DNA of 64,000 nucleotides from a bacterium (GTDB lineage Bacteria > UBA8248), in NCBI GenBank assembly GCA_965261085.1, contig OZ253442.1:864001-928000 (forward strand). The letters run 5' to 3'. The number at the start of each line of letters is the position of its first letter. The stretch's first letter is position 1. Shown here in pieces: positions 10,358 through 19,019 of this stretch. The translations under genes and the position numbers were made by a program. Under the pieces are notes generated by a model, which did not search any database, was not told the DNA's origin, and was given only the letters and a program-made list of their open reading frames with translations.

Positions 10358-11398
10358 ATGCCGATGGATTGGGATGAGTTCAAATCGAGAAGACAAGGTG
10401 GAGGAGGTGGCGGTGGAGGCGGCGGCATGCCGCAGTTCAAGCTGCCGCAGTTTCGTTTGCCGAATTTCAAGCTCCCGTCCGTGGCCATATTCGTGGTGGT
10501 GGTTCTGATTTGGCTGGCTTCGGGTATTTTCAGCGTGGGGCCGGACGAGCAGGGAATCGTTCTTCGGTTCGGCCGCATCGACCGGGTGGTGTCCTCGGGC
10601 TTGAACTATCATATGCCCTTCCCGATGGAGACCGCCTACACGCCGAAGGTAACGGAAGTGAAGCGCGTGGAAATCGGCTTCCGCACGATCGACCCTGGGC
10701 CCCCCGCCAGATATACGGACAAGCCCCACGAGTCGAGGATGTTGACCGGGGATGAGAACATGGTCGACGTCGACATGATCGTGCAGTACCGCATCGTGGA
10801 GGCGGACAAGTACCTCTTCAAGGTTCGCAATCCTAGGGAGACGGTGGTGCACGCCGCCGAAGCCGCCATCCGGCAAGTCGTGGGCAGCAAGCCCATCGAT
10901 GAGGCGCTTACCACCGGAAAGGGTGCGATTCAGCAAGAGACGATGGTGGAGATGCAAAAGATATTGGATCTGTACGAAACCGGTTTGCGCGTGGCGGCGG
11001 TGCAGCTTCAGGACGTGACGCCGCCCAAGGATGTCATTCACGCCTTCAAGGACGTGGCCAGCGCCCGTGAGGACAGAAACCGCCTCGTGAATGAGGCGCA
11101 AGGCTATCAAAACCAGGTGATACCGGAGACGCGCGGCAAGGTGGCCGCCGTTCTCAGACAAGCGGAAGCCTACCGCGAGACCAAGATTCGCCATGCGCGC
11201 GGAGATGCGAACCGCTTCCTCGCCACGCTCAAGGAATACAAAAAAGCGCCGGCCATTACGCGCGAGCGCCTGTATCTCGAAATGATGCAGGAGGTGATGC
11301 CGACGGTGGACAAAATAATTCTGGATCAGGGTAAATCCGGCGTGTTGCCGATACTCCCGCTGCGGGGAGGTGGAATAGAAGGGATAACGAAACGATGA
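10358..11398 (+). CDS. hflK: FtsH protease modulator HflK
   Basis: Gly-rich N-terminus, TM helix, SPFH domain (MLTGDENMVDV, AFKDVASARED, TRERLYLE). Confidence 0.93.
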   Translation: MPMDWDEFKSRRQGGGGGGGGGGMPQFKLPQFRLPNFKLPSVAIFVVVVLIWLASGIFSVGPDEQGIVLRFGRIDRVVSSGLNYHMPFPMETAYTPKVTEVKRVEIGFRTIDPGPPARYTDKPHESRMLTGDENMVDVDMIVQYRIVEADKYLFKVRNPRETVVHAAEAAIRQVVGSKPIDEALTTGKGAIQQETMVEMQKILDLYETGLRVAAVQLQDVTPPKDVIHAFKDVASAREDRNRLVNEAQGYQNQVIPETRGKVAAVLRQAEAYRETKIRHARGDANRFLATLKEYKKAPAITRERLYLEMMQEVMPTVDKIILDQGKSGVLPILPLRGGGIEGITKR

Positions 11399-12300
11399 GC
11401 GCCGAGGGAGCCATAAAATTGCCCAAAAAGACAATCGCGTTGTTGGTTTTGGTCCTGATTCTCATCTTCGCGCTCAATTCGTTTTTCTTTAAGGTTCGTG
11501 AAGACAGGCAAGTGGTCGTCACCCGGTTCGGCAAGCCAGTCCGCGTTTTGCGTGACGCGGGGCTTAACTACCGGATTCCATTCGTGGAGCAGCTCACGTA
11601 TTTCGACCGCCGCCTGCTGGAGTATGACTCCAACCCCACGGAGATCATCACCCAAGACAAGAAATCCCTCGTGGTGGATAACTTCTCGCGCTGGCGCATC
11701 ATCGACCCGCTGCAATTTCTGCGCACCGTCCGCAACGAACCCGGGGCGCAAGCGCGGCTCGACGACATTATCTACAGTGAATTGCGCCAAGAGCTTGGCC
11801 GCAAGGACTTGAGTGATATCGTGTCGAAAGACCGCGCGCAATTGATGGCCAAGGTCACCAAGGCGAGCGACAAGAAAGCGCGCGAATACGGCATCGAGAT
11901 AGTGGACGTTCGCTTGAAGCGAGCAGACTTGCCCACGGAGAACTTAAAGGCCATTTACGGGCGCATGCAGGCCGAGCGGCAAAGAATCGCCCGCCAGTAC
12001 CGCTCGGAAGGAAAAGAGCAGGCCCAGAAGATACGGGCGGAAACCAATCGTGAGCGTGACGTGCTCCTGGCGGTGGCTTATGAGAAAGAGCAAACCACCA
12101 AGGGCGAGGGCGACGCCAAGAGCATCGACATCAACGCCCAGGCGTTCGGGCAGGATCAGGAATTTTATGCGTTCCTGAAGAGCCTGGAGGTGTACCGGAG
12201 TTCTTTGAAAGAGAAGACGACGCTCCTGCTGCCCGCGGGCAGCGATTTCCTCAGATTCCTGCAAGGATCGAGGAACAGAAACCTGAAAAAATCCGAATAA
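11395..12300 (+). CDS. hflC: FtsH protease modulator HflC
   Basis: SPFH domain, DVRLKRADLP, RMQAER..A..YRSEG; ATGA overlap with hflK. Confidence 0.93.
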   Translation: MSAEGAIKLPKKTIALLVLVLILIFALNSFFFKVREDRQVVVTRFGKPVRVLRDAGLNYRIPFVEQLTYFDRRLLEYDSNPTEIITQDKKSLVVDNFSRWRIIDPLQFLRTVRNEPGAQARLDDIIYSELRQELGRKDLSDIVSKDRAQLMAKVTKASDKKAREYGIEIVDVRLKRADLPTENLKAIYGRMQAERQRIARQYRSEGKEQAQKIRAETNRERDVLLAVAYEKEQTTKGEGDAKSIDINAQAFGQDQEFYAFLKSLEVYRSSLKEKTTLLLPAGSDFLRFLQGSRNRNLKKSE

Positions 12301-12317
12301 ATCCGGTTCCGGAAAAG

Positions 12318-12352
12318 GAAAGCCCCCTCTCTCTTGGAGAGGGGGCTTTTTT
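12318..12352. terminator. bidirectional intrinsic terminator
   Basis: aaagccccctctc-tcttg-gagagggggctttttt hairpin with U tracts on both strands. Confidence 0.8.
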
Positions 12353-12612
12353 CGTGGTGCGTGGTTTCTGAAAAGCGCCTGATGCGAATTTTCCGGGCTT
12401 TTCAGAATTTTGGAGCCCCGTGGGGCCCCCTTGGTGGGATAGGGGCATCCTCTGGAGGGAAAGGGCAGGCGATGCCCGGAAGGATGATTCTGCCGCCCGT
12501 CATCATGAACAACGTCAACGACTTGCCTATGAAAATTGCTTTTCCAGCGGAGATGAAGGGCGGATGCGCCTACCTGAACTGATGGTGATATGAATGTTTG
12601 ATGCTACCCTTA
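12318..12612 (-). ncRNA. candidate ~300-nt structured ncRNA (unknown family)
   Basis: Between a TTGACA-N17-TACATT promoter and a terminator; several stems seen by eye; no convincing ORF. Confidence 0.4.
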
Positions 12613-12618
12613 CTCTTC

Positions 12619-12647
12619 AATGTAGGTCGGATTTTTCCTTATGTCAA
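12619..12647 (-). promoter_or_regulatory. sigma70-type promoter
   Basis: minus strand TTGACA (12647-12642), 17-bp spacer, TACATT (12624-12619). Confidence 0.7.
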
Positions 12648-12655
12648 GAAATTTC

Positions 12656-12701
12656 ACACAAAATGTAGTGTATTATTTTCTAGTTACACAATATATTGGG
12701 T
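12656..12701. promoter_or_regulatory. tandem NrdR-like boxes (pair 1)
   Basis: acacaaaatgtagtgt (12656) and acacaatatattgggt (12686) match acaCwAtATaTwGtgt; starts 30 bp apart. Confidence 0.7.
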
Positions 12702-12778
12702 TTGAAAGATGATCTTACCCACAGGTTATCCAGATGGGGAAAACCGAATTACTACATAAAAAGCAATCAGTTACGGGG

Positions 12779-12825
12779 ATTCTATATATAGTGTGGCGAT
12801 GAGTTGTGGATACAATATCTTGGGA
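12779..12825. promoter_or_regulatory. tandem NrdR-like boxes (pair 2)
   Basis: attctatatatagtgt (12779) and atacaatatcttggga (12810); starts 31 bp apart. Confidence 0.65.
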
Positions 12826-12976
12826 TAAGAAGAAATATTCTTTGCGGGCTTTCCCTGGATTCGTTTTCGGTCGATGAAGTCATTGAATCGGCTGCCGGAC
12901 GCATCCGAAGGCGCGCAAAACGAGCCGCCCTCCGGATGTTTTTACCGCACCACCGATCCAGGTGAGGAATCCCCCG

Positions 12977-13339
12977 TTATTCGTCTCTCAGGTAATTATC
13001 GCTCCCGTCGAGCCAGTCTTCACGGATGGGGCTGAAGATGTCGTAGTCTATCGCCGTTTCATCGCCCACGACTTCCACGGAGTGGGGGACGTGCGGTGGG
13101 ATGAGGAGCGTCTCTCCAGGCCCGATTTCCACGGATTCATCGTCGATGAAGAACCGGAGCCTTCCCTTGATGACGTGGGATATCTGCTCGTGCTCGTGGC
13201 TGTGCAGGGGCACCACGCAGCCGGGTTTGAGTTTGAGCCGGCAAAGCATCTCTTTTTCGCCCACCACCATCTTTCTCGATAAAGTGTCTGTCACGGTCTC
13301 CTCGGGCATCTCATCCCAACTGTATTTTTGGGCGCGCAT
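12977..13339 (-). CDS. cupin domain protein
   Basis: PLHSHEHEQ...IPPHVPHSV..DIFSPIREDW; RBS aggag. Confidence 0.9.
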   Translation of the reverse strand: MRAQKYSWDEMPEETVTDTLSRKMVVGEKEMLCRLKLKPGCVVPLHSHEHEQISHVIKGRLRFFIDDESVEIGPGETLLIPPHVPHSVEVVGDETAIDYDIFSPIREDWLDGSDNYLRDE

Positions 13340-13403
13340 GGTTCATCTCCTTGGGGTCGAGTGTTGGTTCGCTTTCGGAAGGCGGCGAAACCCGCCTGGG
13401 GAT

Positions 13404-13682
13404 TTACTGCTTGTACTCGGGAAGCGTCCTGCTGAAGCCCTCCCGCATGACCCGGCCTTTTTTGAGAACGTAATAACCCTCACCATACCGGATGACGCTG
13501 GTGAGAGGGGGAATCTGGCATTCTTTCGAGATGATCAGGTTTTCCTGGGATTCATCGCGTGGGAGATAGCGCTCCGCATCCCCTTCGGATAGATGAATCT
13601 CGCGGTTACAGGCGCTGGACGCCTTTTCGTATTCGCCTTGCAGCTTTATGGTCTTGCATTCACAAACAATCGCGTTGCTCAT
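13404..13682 (-). CDS. hypothetical protein (92 aa, Cys-containing)
   Basis: RBS acaggag before ATG at 13682; MSNAIVCECK... Confidence 0.6.
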   Translation of the reverse strand: MSNAIVCECKTIKLQGEYEKASSACNREIHLSEGDAERYLPRDESQENLIISKECQIPPLTSVIRYGEGYYVLKKGRVMREGFSRTLPEYKQ

Positions 13683-13912
13683 CAAGGGTCTCCTGTGCTC
13701 ATTGAGAGCCTTCAGAAAAAGTAGGCCTATGCTAGAAACCAAGCCTCTCGGTGTCAAGACCGTGCGAGACGAAAACGCAGGAATCATCGGCGCGATGGTT
13801 CGGGAGAGGCCCGGTTCGGTTTGAAATGTCCCCATCGCACGAGTATAAGTAATCGCGTTCGGGCCTTATTATTTCAGGCTTGTTTTCGCTTCATCTATTT
13901 CAGGAGGGCGTA

Positions 13913-14416
13913 TTGATTCCACGTATGACGGACAAGATGATCGACTCGGGCGATCCCTTCCCGAGCCTCGAGGTGGACCAGGTGGGAGGCGGCAAAATCT
14001 CCCTACCCGGCGATCTCGCGGACGATTGGGGAGTGGTTCTGTTCTACCGCGGACACTGGTGACCTTATTGCAAGCAGCAACTGACGGCTTTCGACAGGGC
14101 GGCGAAGCTCAAGGAAGAAGGCGTCAAGGTTGTTGCAGCCTCCGTGGACACGGAGGAGAACGCCAAGGGAACGATTGAGGAATGCGGAATCAACTTCCCT
14201 GTGGGCTATGGCTTGGACAACAAGCAGATTTCTGAACTCACCGGTTGTTTCTATGAAGAAAAACGCCAGATCATTCACAGCACGGGCTATGTCTTAAAGC
14301 CCGATGGAACGGTCGCCGTGGCCGTCTACAGCAGCGGGCCCATCGGCCGGCTCGTGTGGCAGGACGTATTGGGCTTGGTCCAGTTCCAAAAGAAGATGAT
14401 GGCGGCCCAAAGCTAG
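13913..14416 (+). CDS. AhpC/TSA peroxiredoxin-like selenoprotein (UxxC)
   Basis: One frame FYRGHW-TGA(14060-62)-PYC-KQQL... joins two ORF-track pieces; RBS aggaggg before TTG 13913 (alternative ATG 13925). Confidence 0.85.
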
Positions 14417-14429
14417 CGCGCATCTTTTT

Positions 14430-14470
14430 GAGCACCCCCTCGGGTTTTGACTTCGAGGGGGTGTTTTTTT
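14430..14470 (+). terminator. intrinsic terminator
   Basis: gagcaccccctcg...cgagggggtgttttttt. Confidence 0.8.
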
Positions 14471-14573
14471 GCGCGAAATCCGGGGGGCCGGTTTTCATCG
14501 TTACGCCGGAGCGATAACATCCCGAGTACATGAAACGGACTCGATTATTTCTTGAACAAGAGTGGAGCGTATC

Positions 14574-15098
14574 ATGCCGAAAGCGAACCGGTTCTTCCTG
14601 GACACCGGGGATGATTTCCCGAGCCTCGAGATCGCCAAAGTGGGAGGCGGAAAAATCAGCTTGCCCGATGACTTGCGGGGCTCGTGGGGCGTCGTCCTGT
14701 TCTACCGCAGCCATTGGTGACCCTACTGACTCGCCCAGATGGCGGGATTCTCCCGGGCGGGAGAAAGACTGGAAGCAGAGGGCATCAAGGTCGTGGCGGC
14801 GTCCACCGACCCGGAAGATGAGGCGGTGCAGTCCAACGAGGCGAGCAAGGTGAATTTTCCGGTGGGCCACAGCGTGGACCCCGCCTATATATCCGAGATG
14901 ACGGGCGCTTTCTACGCCCCTGAAGCGGGCGAGAAGCCGAGGCCGTTTCTTCACGCCACCAACTTTCTGCTCTCACCCGACGGCAAGGTGAACATCTCGC
15001 TTTATAGTTCGGGTCCTCTGGGTCGTCTCGTCTGGCAGGACGTCATCCAGGCCGTGCAGTTCAGGAAAAAGCGCATGGCGGCCCAGGCGCAGCAGTAG
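14574..15098 (+). CDS. AhpC/TSA peroxiredoxin-like selenoprotein (UxxU)
   Basis: MPKANRFFLDTGDDFPSL...FYRSHW-TGA(14718)-PY-TGA(14727)-LAQMAGF...; colinear with the upstream paralog on both sides of the TGAs. Confidence 0.82.
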
Positions 15099-15105
15099 AA
15101 AAACA

Positions 15106-15138
15106 AAAAGCCGGCGGGAGACTCCCCACCGGCTTTTC
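15106..15138. terminator. bidirectional intrinsic terminator
   Basis: aaaagccgg...ccggctttt between convergent genes. Confidence 0.75.
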
Positions 15139-15150
15139 TGGTTCAGTTTG

Positions 15151-15537
15151 CTAGTTCTTGAGACGCTCCGCCACCTCGTCCGCATCGGAGGCTTTGTTGT
15201 AGTCCTGATCCAGCGTGCCGTCGCCCGCCGGGCTCTTGACGGCGAAGAATTTCGCCGGCCCTTCGGTGATGTGGATGCCGTGGCGCGTGTTTCTGGGGAT
15301 GTGGACCAACTCGCCGGGGCCGATCTCGCGCACCTCCTCGCCGCAGATCATGTTCATCTTGCCCTCGAGCATCAGGATGTACTGCTCCTCGTTGGGATGA
15401 AAATGAGGCGGCGGGCCGTCTCCCTGCGGATATATCACCCAGCCGACCTTCATCAACTCGCCCGCGGTCGCGTGGCTGGTGGCGGGACCCACTGCCGATG
15501 AGCCCCGGGGCAAGTCTTCCATTTTGTAAAAGGGCAT
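15151..15537 (-). CDS. cupin domain protein
   Basis: PPHFHPNEEQ...HIPRNTRHG; RBS aggag. Confidence 0.88.
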   Translation of the reverse strand: MPFYKMEDLPRGSSAVGPATSHATAGELMKVGWVIYPQGDGPPPHFHPNEEQYILMLEGKMNMICGEEVREIGPGELVHIPRNTRHGIHITEGPAKFFAVKSPAGDGTLDQDYNKASDADEVAERLKN

Positions 15538-15567
15538 GCAAAATCTCCTTGTTTCAGGTTGATATCT

Positions 15568-15960
15568 TTATAAGGTGGATTCCAGTTTTTCTCGCGCCTC
15601 ATCGGCGTCTTCGGCCTTGTTGTAGTCCTGATACAAGTCGCCGTCGCCTGAGGGGCTTTTCACGGTAAAAAAGGTAAACGGCCCCTTGATGATGCGAAGG
15701 CCGTGGCGCTCGTTGCGGCGGATGTGGACCAGATCGCCTGCGCCGACGACGCGGGTTTCCTCCCCCAGAATCACGTTCGCCTCCCCCGCCATCACCAGAA
15801 AAAACTGCTCTTCGTTGGGGTGAAAATGAGGCGGCGGGCCGCCGCCTTCGGGGTAGGTGATCATCCCGGCCTTCATGAGTTCCCCGGCGACGCTTTGCGT
15901 CTGGGCTTGCCCCATGTCGACGTATTTCGTTTCCATCTCGGATATTCTGTAAAATGGCAA
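15568..15960 (-). CDS. cupin domain protein (tandem paralog)
   Basis: PPHFHPNEEQ...HIRRNERHG; TTG start after aaggag. Confidence 0.88.
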   Translation of the reverse strand: MPFYRISEMETKYVDMGQAQTQSVAGELMKAGMITYPEGGGPPPHFHPNEEQFFLVMAGEANVILGEETRVVGAGDLVHIRRNERHGLRIIKGPFTFFTVKSPSGDGDLYQDYNKAEDADEAREKLESTL

Positions 15961-15978
15961 GTCTGTGCTCCTTTCTGT

Positions 15979-16659
15979 TCAGTCGAGCCGCGCCACCACG
16001 CGCGCAGGCGCGCCCTCGATTCTGTAGAGTTTCATGGGAAATGCGAACATTTCGAATTCGGTCTCCTCGAACGTATCGAGGTTGATGACGTGCTCGATGA
16101 GTGGAACGCCCCGGCCCAGCACCGCGCGGTGGCCGGGGGAATCCTCATGGTGAACCACGGAGTCGGGCTGCATGCCCGGGTCGATGGCGTGGTCCATGCA
16201 AAGGGCCTTCATGCCGCAATCGCACAGAAAGAGGCACGCCTCCTTGTCGAGGTAGGGGTTGGGGCCGAAGTAATCGGGCGTGAAAAACTTTTCCTTTGAC
16301 CAGCCCGTCCAGGTGACGGCGATGGCCCCCTCGAGGCGCTCGGGCTTGAAGCCGGGGCTTGATTCGATCATCTCCCGGGTGATGGGGCTCGCCTCGCGCG
16401 CCGTTCCCCTCAAGTCGATCTTCACGGCGCGGCCGCAGAATGTTTCTAGCGGCATTTCGTCTATCGTGACGCCGTCGGGATAGAAATGGTTGGGCGCGTC
16501 GAGGTGAGTTCCCTGGTGTATCGCCATCCTGACCGCGCTGTTCTGACGACCGTGCGTGGGATGTTCGTGGAACTGCCAGTATTCCACCGGGGGAAACGTC
16601 GGCACTTCGCAAAGGTCGGGGTGTCCGAGAGGGGCTGTGAGGTCAATCAATCGGCTCAT
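15979..16659 (-). CDS. cyclase family (kynurenine formamidase-like) metal hydrolase
   Basis: HQGTHLDAPNH motif, GAPARVVA C-terminus; start MSRLIDLT. Confidence 0.88.
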   Translation of the reverse strand: MSRLIDLTAPLGHPDLCEVPTFPPVEYWQFHEHPTHGRQNSAVRMAIHQGTHLDAPNHFYPDGVTIDEMPLETFCGRAVKIDLRGTAREASPITREMIESSPGFKPERLEGAIAVTWTGWSKEKFFTPDYFGPNPYLDKEACLFLCDCGMKALCMDHAIDPGMQPDSVVHHEDSPGHRAVLGRGVPLIEHVINLDTFEETEFEMFAFPMKLYRIEGAPARVVARLD

Positions 16660-17524
16660 GGAATTCCTCCGTCGATTTGGCGACTGAAAGATGGTGTTTC
16701 CTGAAAAAATCGTGGATGAGGGCGAGCACCGCCTCGGGCCTGTCCATTTGCGCGTAGCGTCCCGCTCCTTCAATCGAGACGGACTCGCACCGGGGAATCT
16801 TCATGGATAGGGTTTGAGCGTCCTCGTGGTATTCGGGGTCGTTCTCGCCCGTGAGCGTGAGCACGGGGCAGGATATTTCGCCCAGGCGCTCCGTAAGGTC
16901 GGGTGCGAGAAGCTCGGCGTACCCCGCCGATGCGTATCCCGAAGCGTCGTTTCGTAAAAACAGGCGGTGACGCTCCGCGCGCTCTTTGGGATTCATGCCT
17001 CTGGGTTCTCTGCTCTCGCTTTTCTTGTTTCTGTAGGCCTCTTGCATGTCTCCCGCCTCGGCCAGATGGATGCGCTCGGCGACGCCTCTGCGCACGCTCT
17101 TAGCGGCGGGCGCAGCGCCCGTCGCGATGAGGATGAGCGCGCCCAGCAGACGAGGCTGCTCGATGGCTAGCAAAAGCGCCGCCCGCGCACCCAGGCCGTG
17201 CCCGATCAGAACGGGACGGTTCAGGTTCAATCTGGCGGCGAGAATCCCGATGTCGTCCGCCATCTCGTCGAGCGTGTATTTCCCCCGGGGGCTCGAGGAG
17301 CGCCCATGCCCTCTCGGTTCCAGTGCGATGACGCGGTGCATGGTGCTCAGCGTGGGAACGATCTTGCGCCACACCCAGGCCGTATCGCCCAGGCCCGGAA
17401 CGCAGAGTACCGGCGTACCGTCTCCTGATGCCTCATAGCACAGGACGATCGCCTCATGCGCCCAGGGAGGGCTGATTCTCAGGTATCTGGCCGTGCGGGA
17501 GGATTCGCCTGCGATGCGGACCAT
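16643..17524 (-). CDS. alpha/beta fold hydrolase (enol-lactone hydrolase-like)
   Basis: RGHGRSS, GHGLG in place of GxSxG, GAGRY in place of GAGH; may be catalytically altered. Confidence 0.75.
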   Translation of the reverse strand: MVRIAGESSRTARYLRISPPWAHEAIVLCYEASGDGTPVLCVPGLGDTAWVWRKIVPTLSTMHRVIALEPRGHGRSSSPRGKYTLDEMADDIGILAARLNLNRPVLIGHGLGARAALLLAIEQPRLLGALILIATGAAPAAKSVRRGVAERIHLAEAGDMQEAYRNKKSESREPRGMNPKERAERHRLFLRNDASGYASAGYAELLAPDLTERLGEISCPVLTLTGENDPEYHEDAQTLSMKIPRCESVSIEGAGRYAQMDRPEAVLALIHDFFRKHHLSVAKSTEEFHEPID

Positions 17525-17526
17525 GC

Positions 17527-18354
17527 CTAGAGCGCAGCCAGTTCTTCAATCAGCCCGCGCAGGCGGGTGGATACGGCCTCGAAGTATTGCGCTCCGTTTT
17601 CCGCCGTCGCAGCACTCGGCGTGCCCGATACGCCCGAGGGCGCGCGGTGTCTGTTGAAATCCACGGGGCGGAAGAGCGTTCCCCGGTGGTGCATGTCCTT
17701 CGTCGCCAGGGGGTGCGTGTTCGTGTTGGGCTGATCCACCACCTCGTCCATGTTCACCAGGTCGGGGCGTAAGTGGAGCATCATGGCGGTTTCGAACTCC
17801 CCGCTGTGCGCCATGCCGCCGACGGGCGATTTTCTGATCTTCGCGGAGATTTCGTTTCCCAGATGAAAATAGGTGATCATCCAGATGGTGAGGTCGATGT
17901 CGTAGCCGATGTCGTTCAGCGTGGCTTGCAGCGGCTGCACGTTGCCGCCGTGGCCGTTCACGACGAATATCTTCTTGTACCCGTGATGGGCTACGGAGCG
18001 GATGATGTCCTTGATGAGGGCGACGTAGGTTTCTAGCCTGAGCGAGATGGTTCCCGGGTATTCAAAGTGGTGGTGCGACGTGCCCGTCCACATGGTGCGG
18101 GTCAGCAGCACGTTGTCCAAGCCGTCCACCGCCTTTCCGCAGACGCTCTCACAAAGCAGGGTGTCCACCACGACGGGATTGTGCGGCCCGTGCTGTTCCA
18201 TCGAGGCGAAGGGAATGACGACCACAGTCCCGTTTTGGGCCATTTCCTTGTGCTGCGGCCAACTCAACTCTTCCCAAAGCATAGGGGCATCCTTCAAAAT
18301 AGTGTGAGTGATGGGTAAGGGCTTAAGACTCTCAGGTTTTCCCGCATCGGGCAA
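17527..18354 (-). CDS. creatininase family amidohydrolase
   Basis: EQHGPH...D, SHHH..PGT, NGHGGN, HSGEFET motifs. Confidence 0.9.
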   Translation of the reverse strand: MPDAGKPESLKPLPITHTILKDAPMLWEELSWPQHKEMAQNGTVVVIPFASMEQHGPHNPVVVDTLLCESVCGKAVDGLDNVLLTRTMWTGTSHHHFEYPGTISLRLETYVALIKDIIRSVAHHGYKKIFVVNGHGGNVQPLQATLNDIGYDIDLTIWMITYFHLGNEISAKIRKSPVGGMAHSGEFETAMMLHLRPDLVNMDEVVDQPNTNTHPLATKDMHHRGTLFRPVDFNRHRAPSGVSGTPSAATAENGAQYFEAVSTRLRGLIEELAAL

Positions 18355-18521
18355 GAGCCGCGCCTCCTCGCCAGTGGGTGATGCTACGGTCGAGAAGTGT
18401 TGTATTCCCCGACAACATGCGCGCGAGGCGCTTCCCCGCTTGCCAGCGGTTTCGATTCGTGGTCTTTTAGGGGCCGCGATAAAAACCGGATGGAGAAAAG
18501 AAAGTGTATTCGACCGAGCAG

Positions 18522-19004
18522 ATGAGTGAAGACCAGCGCTGGATGATGGAAGCGCTGGAGTTGGCCAACATGGCCGAAGAAGCGGGCGACGTGCCCGTGG
18601 GCGCGCTGGTGGTGCGAGAAGGCCGGGTGCTGGGGCGCGGCTTCAACAGAAGAGAGGCCGCCTGCGACCCCACCGCGCACGCAGAAGTCCTGGCGCTGAG
18701 AGAAGCGGCCGAGACCGACGGTATCTGGCGGCTCGACGGCGCGACCTTGTACGTCACGCTCGAGCCGTGCCCCATGTGCGCGGGGGCCATCGTCAACTCG
18801 AGGATCGCAAGGCTCGTATTCGGCGCCACGGACCCCAAGGGCGGGGCCTGTGGCTCCTTGTTCGATATTCCCTCGGACCCGCGCGTGAACCACCGCGTGC
18901 CCATCACCTCAGGGATAATGGCCGAGGAGAGCGGCAAGCTCTTGCGCGCCTTTTTCGAGGAGCGCCGCCGCATCGCCCGCGAGGCGAGGCAGGCCGCGCG
19001 CTGA
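18522..19004 (+). CDS. tadA: tRNA adenosine(34) deaminase
   Basis: DPTAHAE...TLEPCPMCAGA, DPKGGA, FF C-terminus. Confidence 0.92.
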   Translation: MSEDQRWMMEALELANMAEEAGDVPVGALVVREGRVLGRGFNRREAACDPTAHAEVLALREAAETDGIWRLDGATLYVTLEPCPMCAGAIVNSRIARLVFGATDPKGGACGSLFDIPSDPRVNHRVPITSGIMAEESGKLLRAFFEERRRIAREARQAAR

Positions 19005-19019
19005 AGAGATAACCTATCC

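Noticed and set aside
10396-10427. Poly-Gly tract in HflK
   Set aside because: A Gly-rich linker is normal for the HflK N-terminus.
12334-12582. 82-aa ORF (+) or 65-aa ORF (-) as the product of the intergenic region; also 6S RNA
   Set aside because: No RBS, both overlap the terminator, and the composition is not protein-like; 6S consensus motifs were not recognisable by eye (needs Infernal).
13880-14416. Two small ORFs or a nonsense pseudogene, as in the ORF track
   Set aside because: The TGA sits at the catalytic Cys position in both paralogs and the frame is otherwise intact, which favours selenocysteine.
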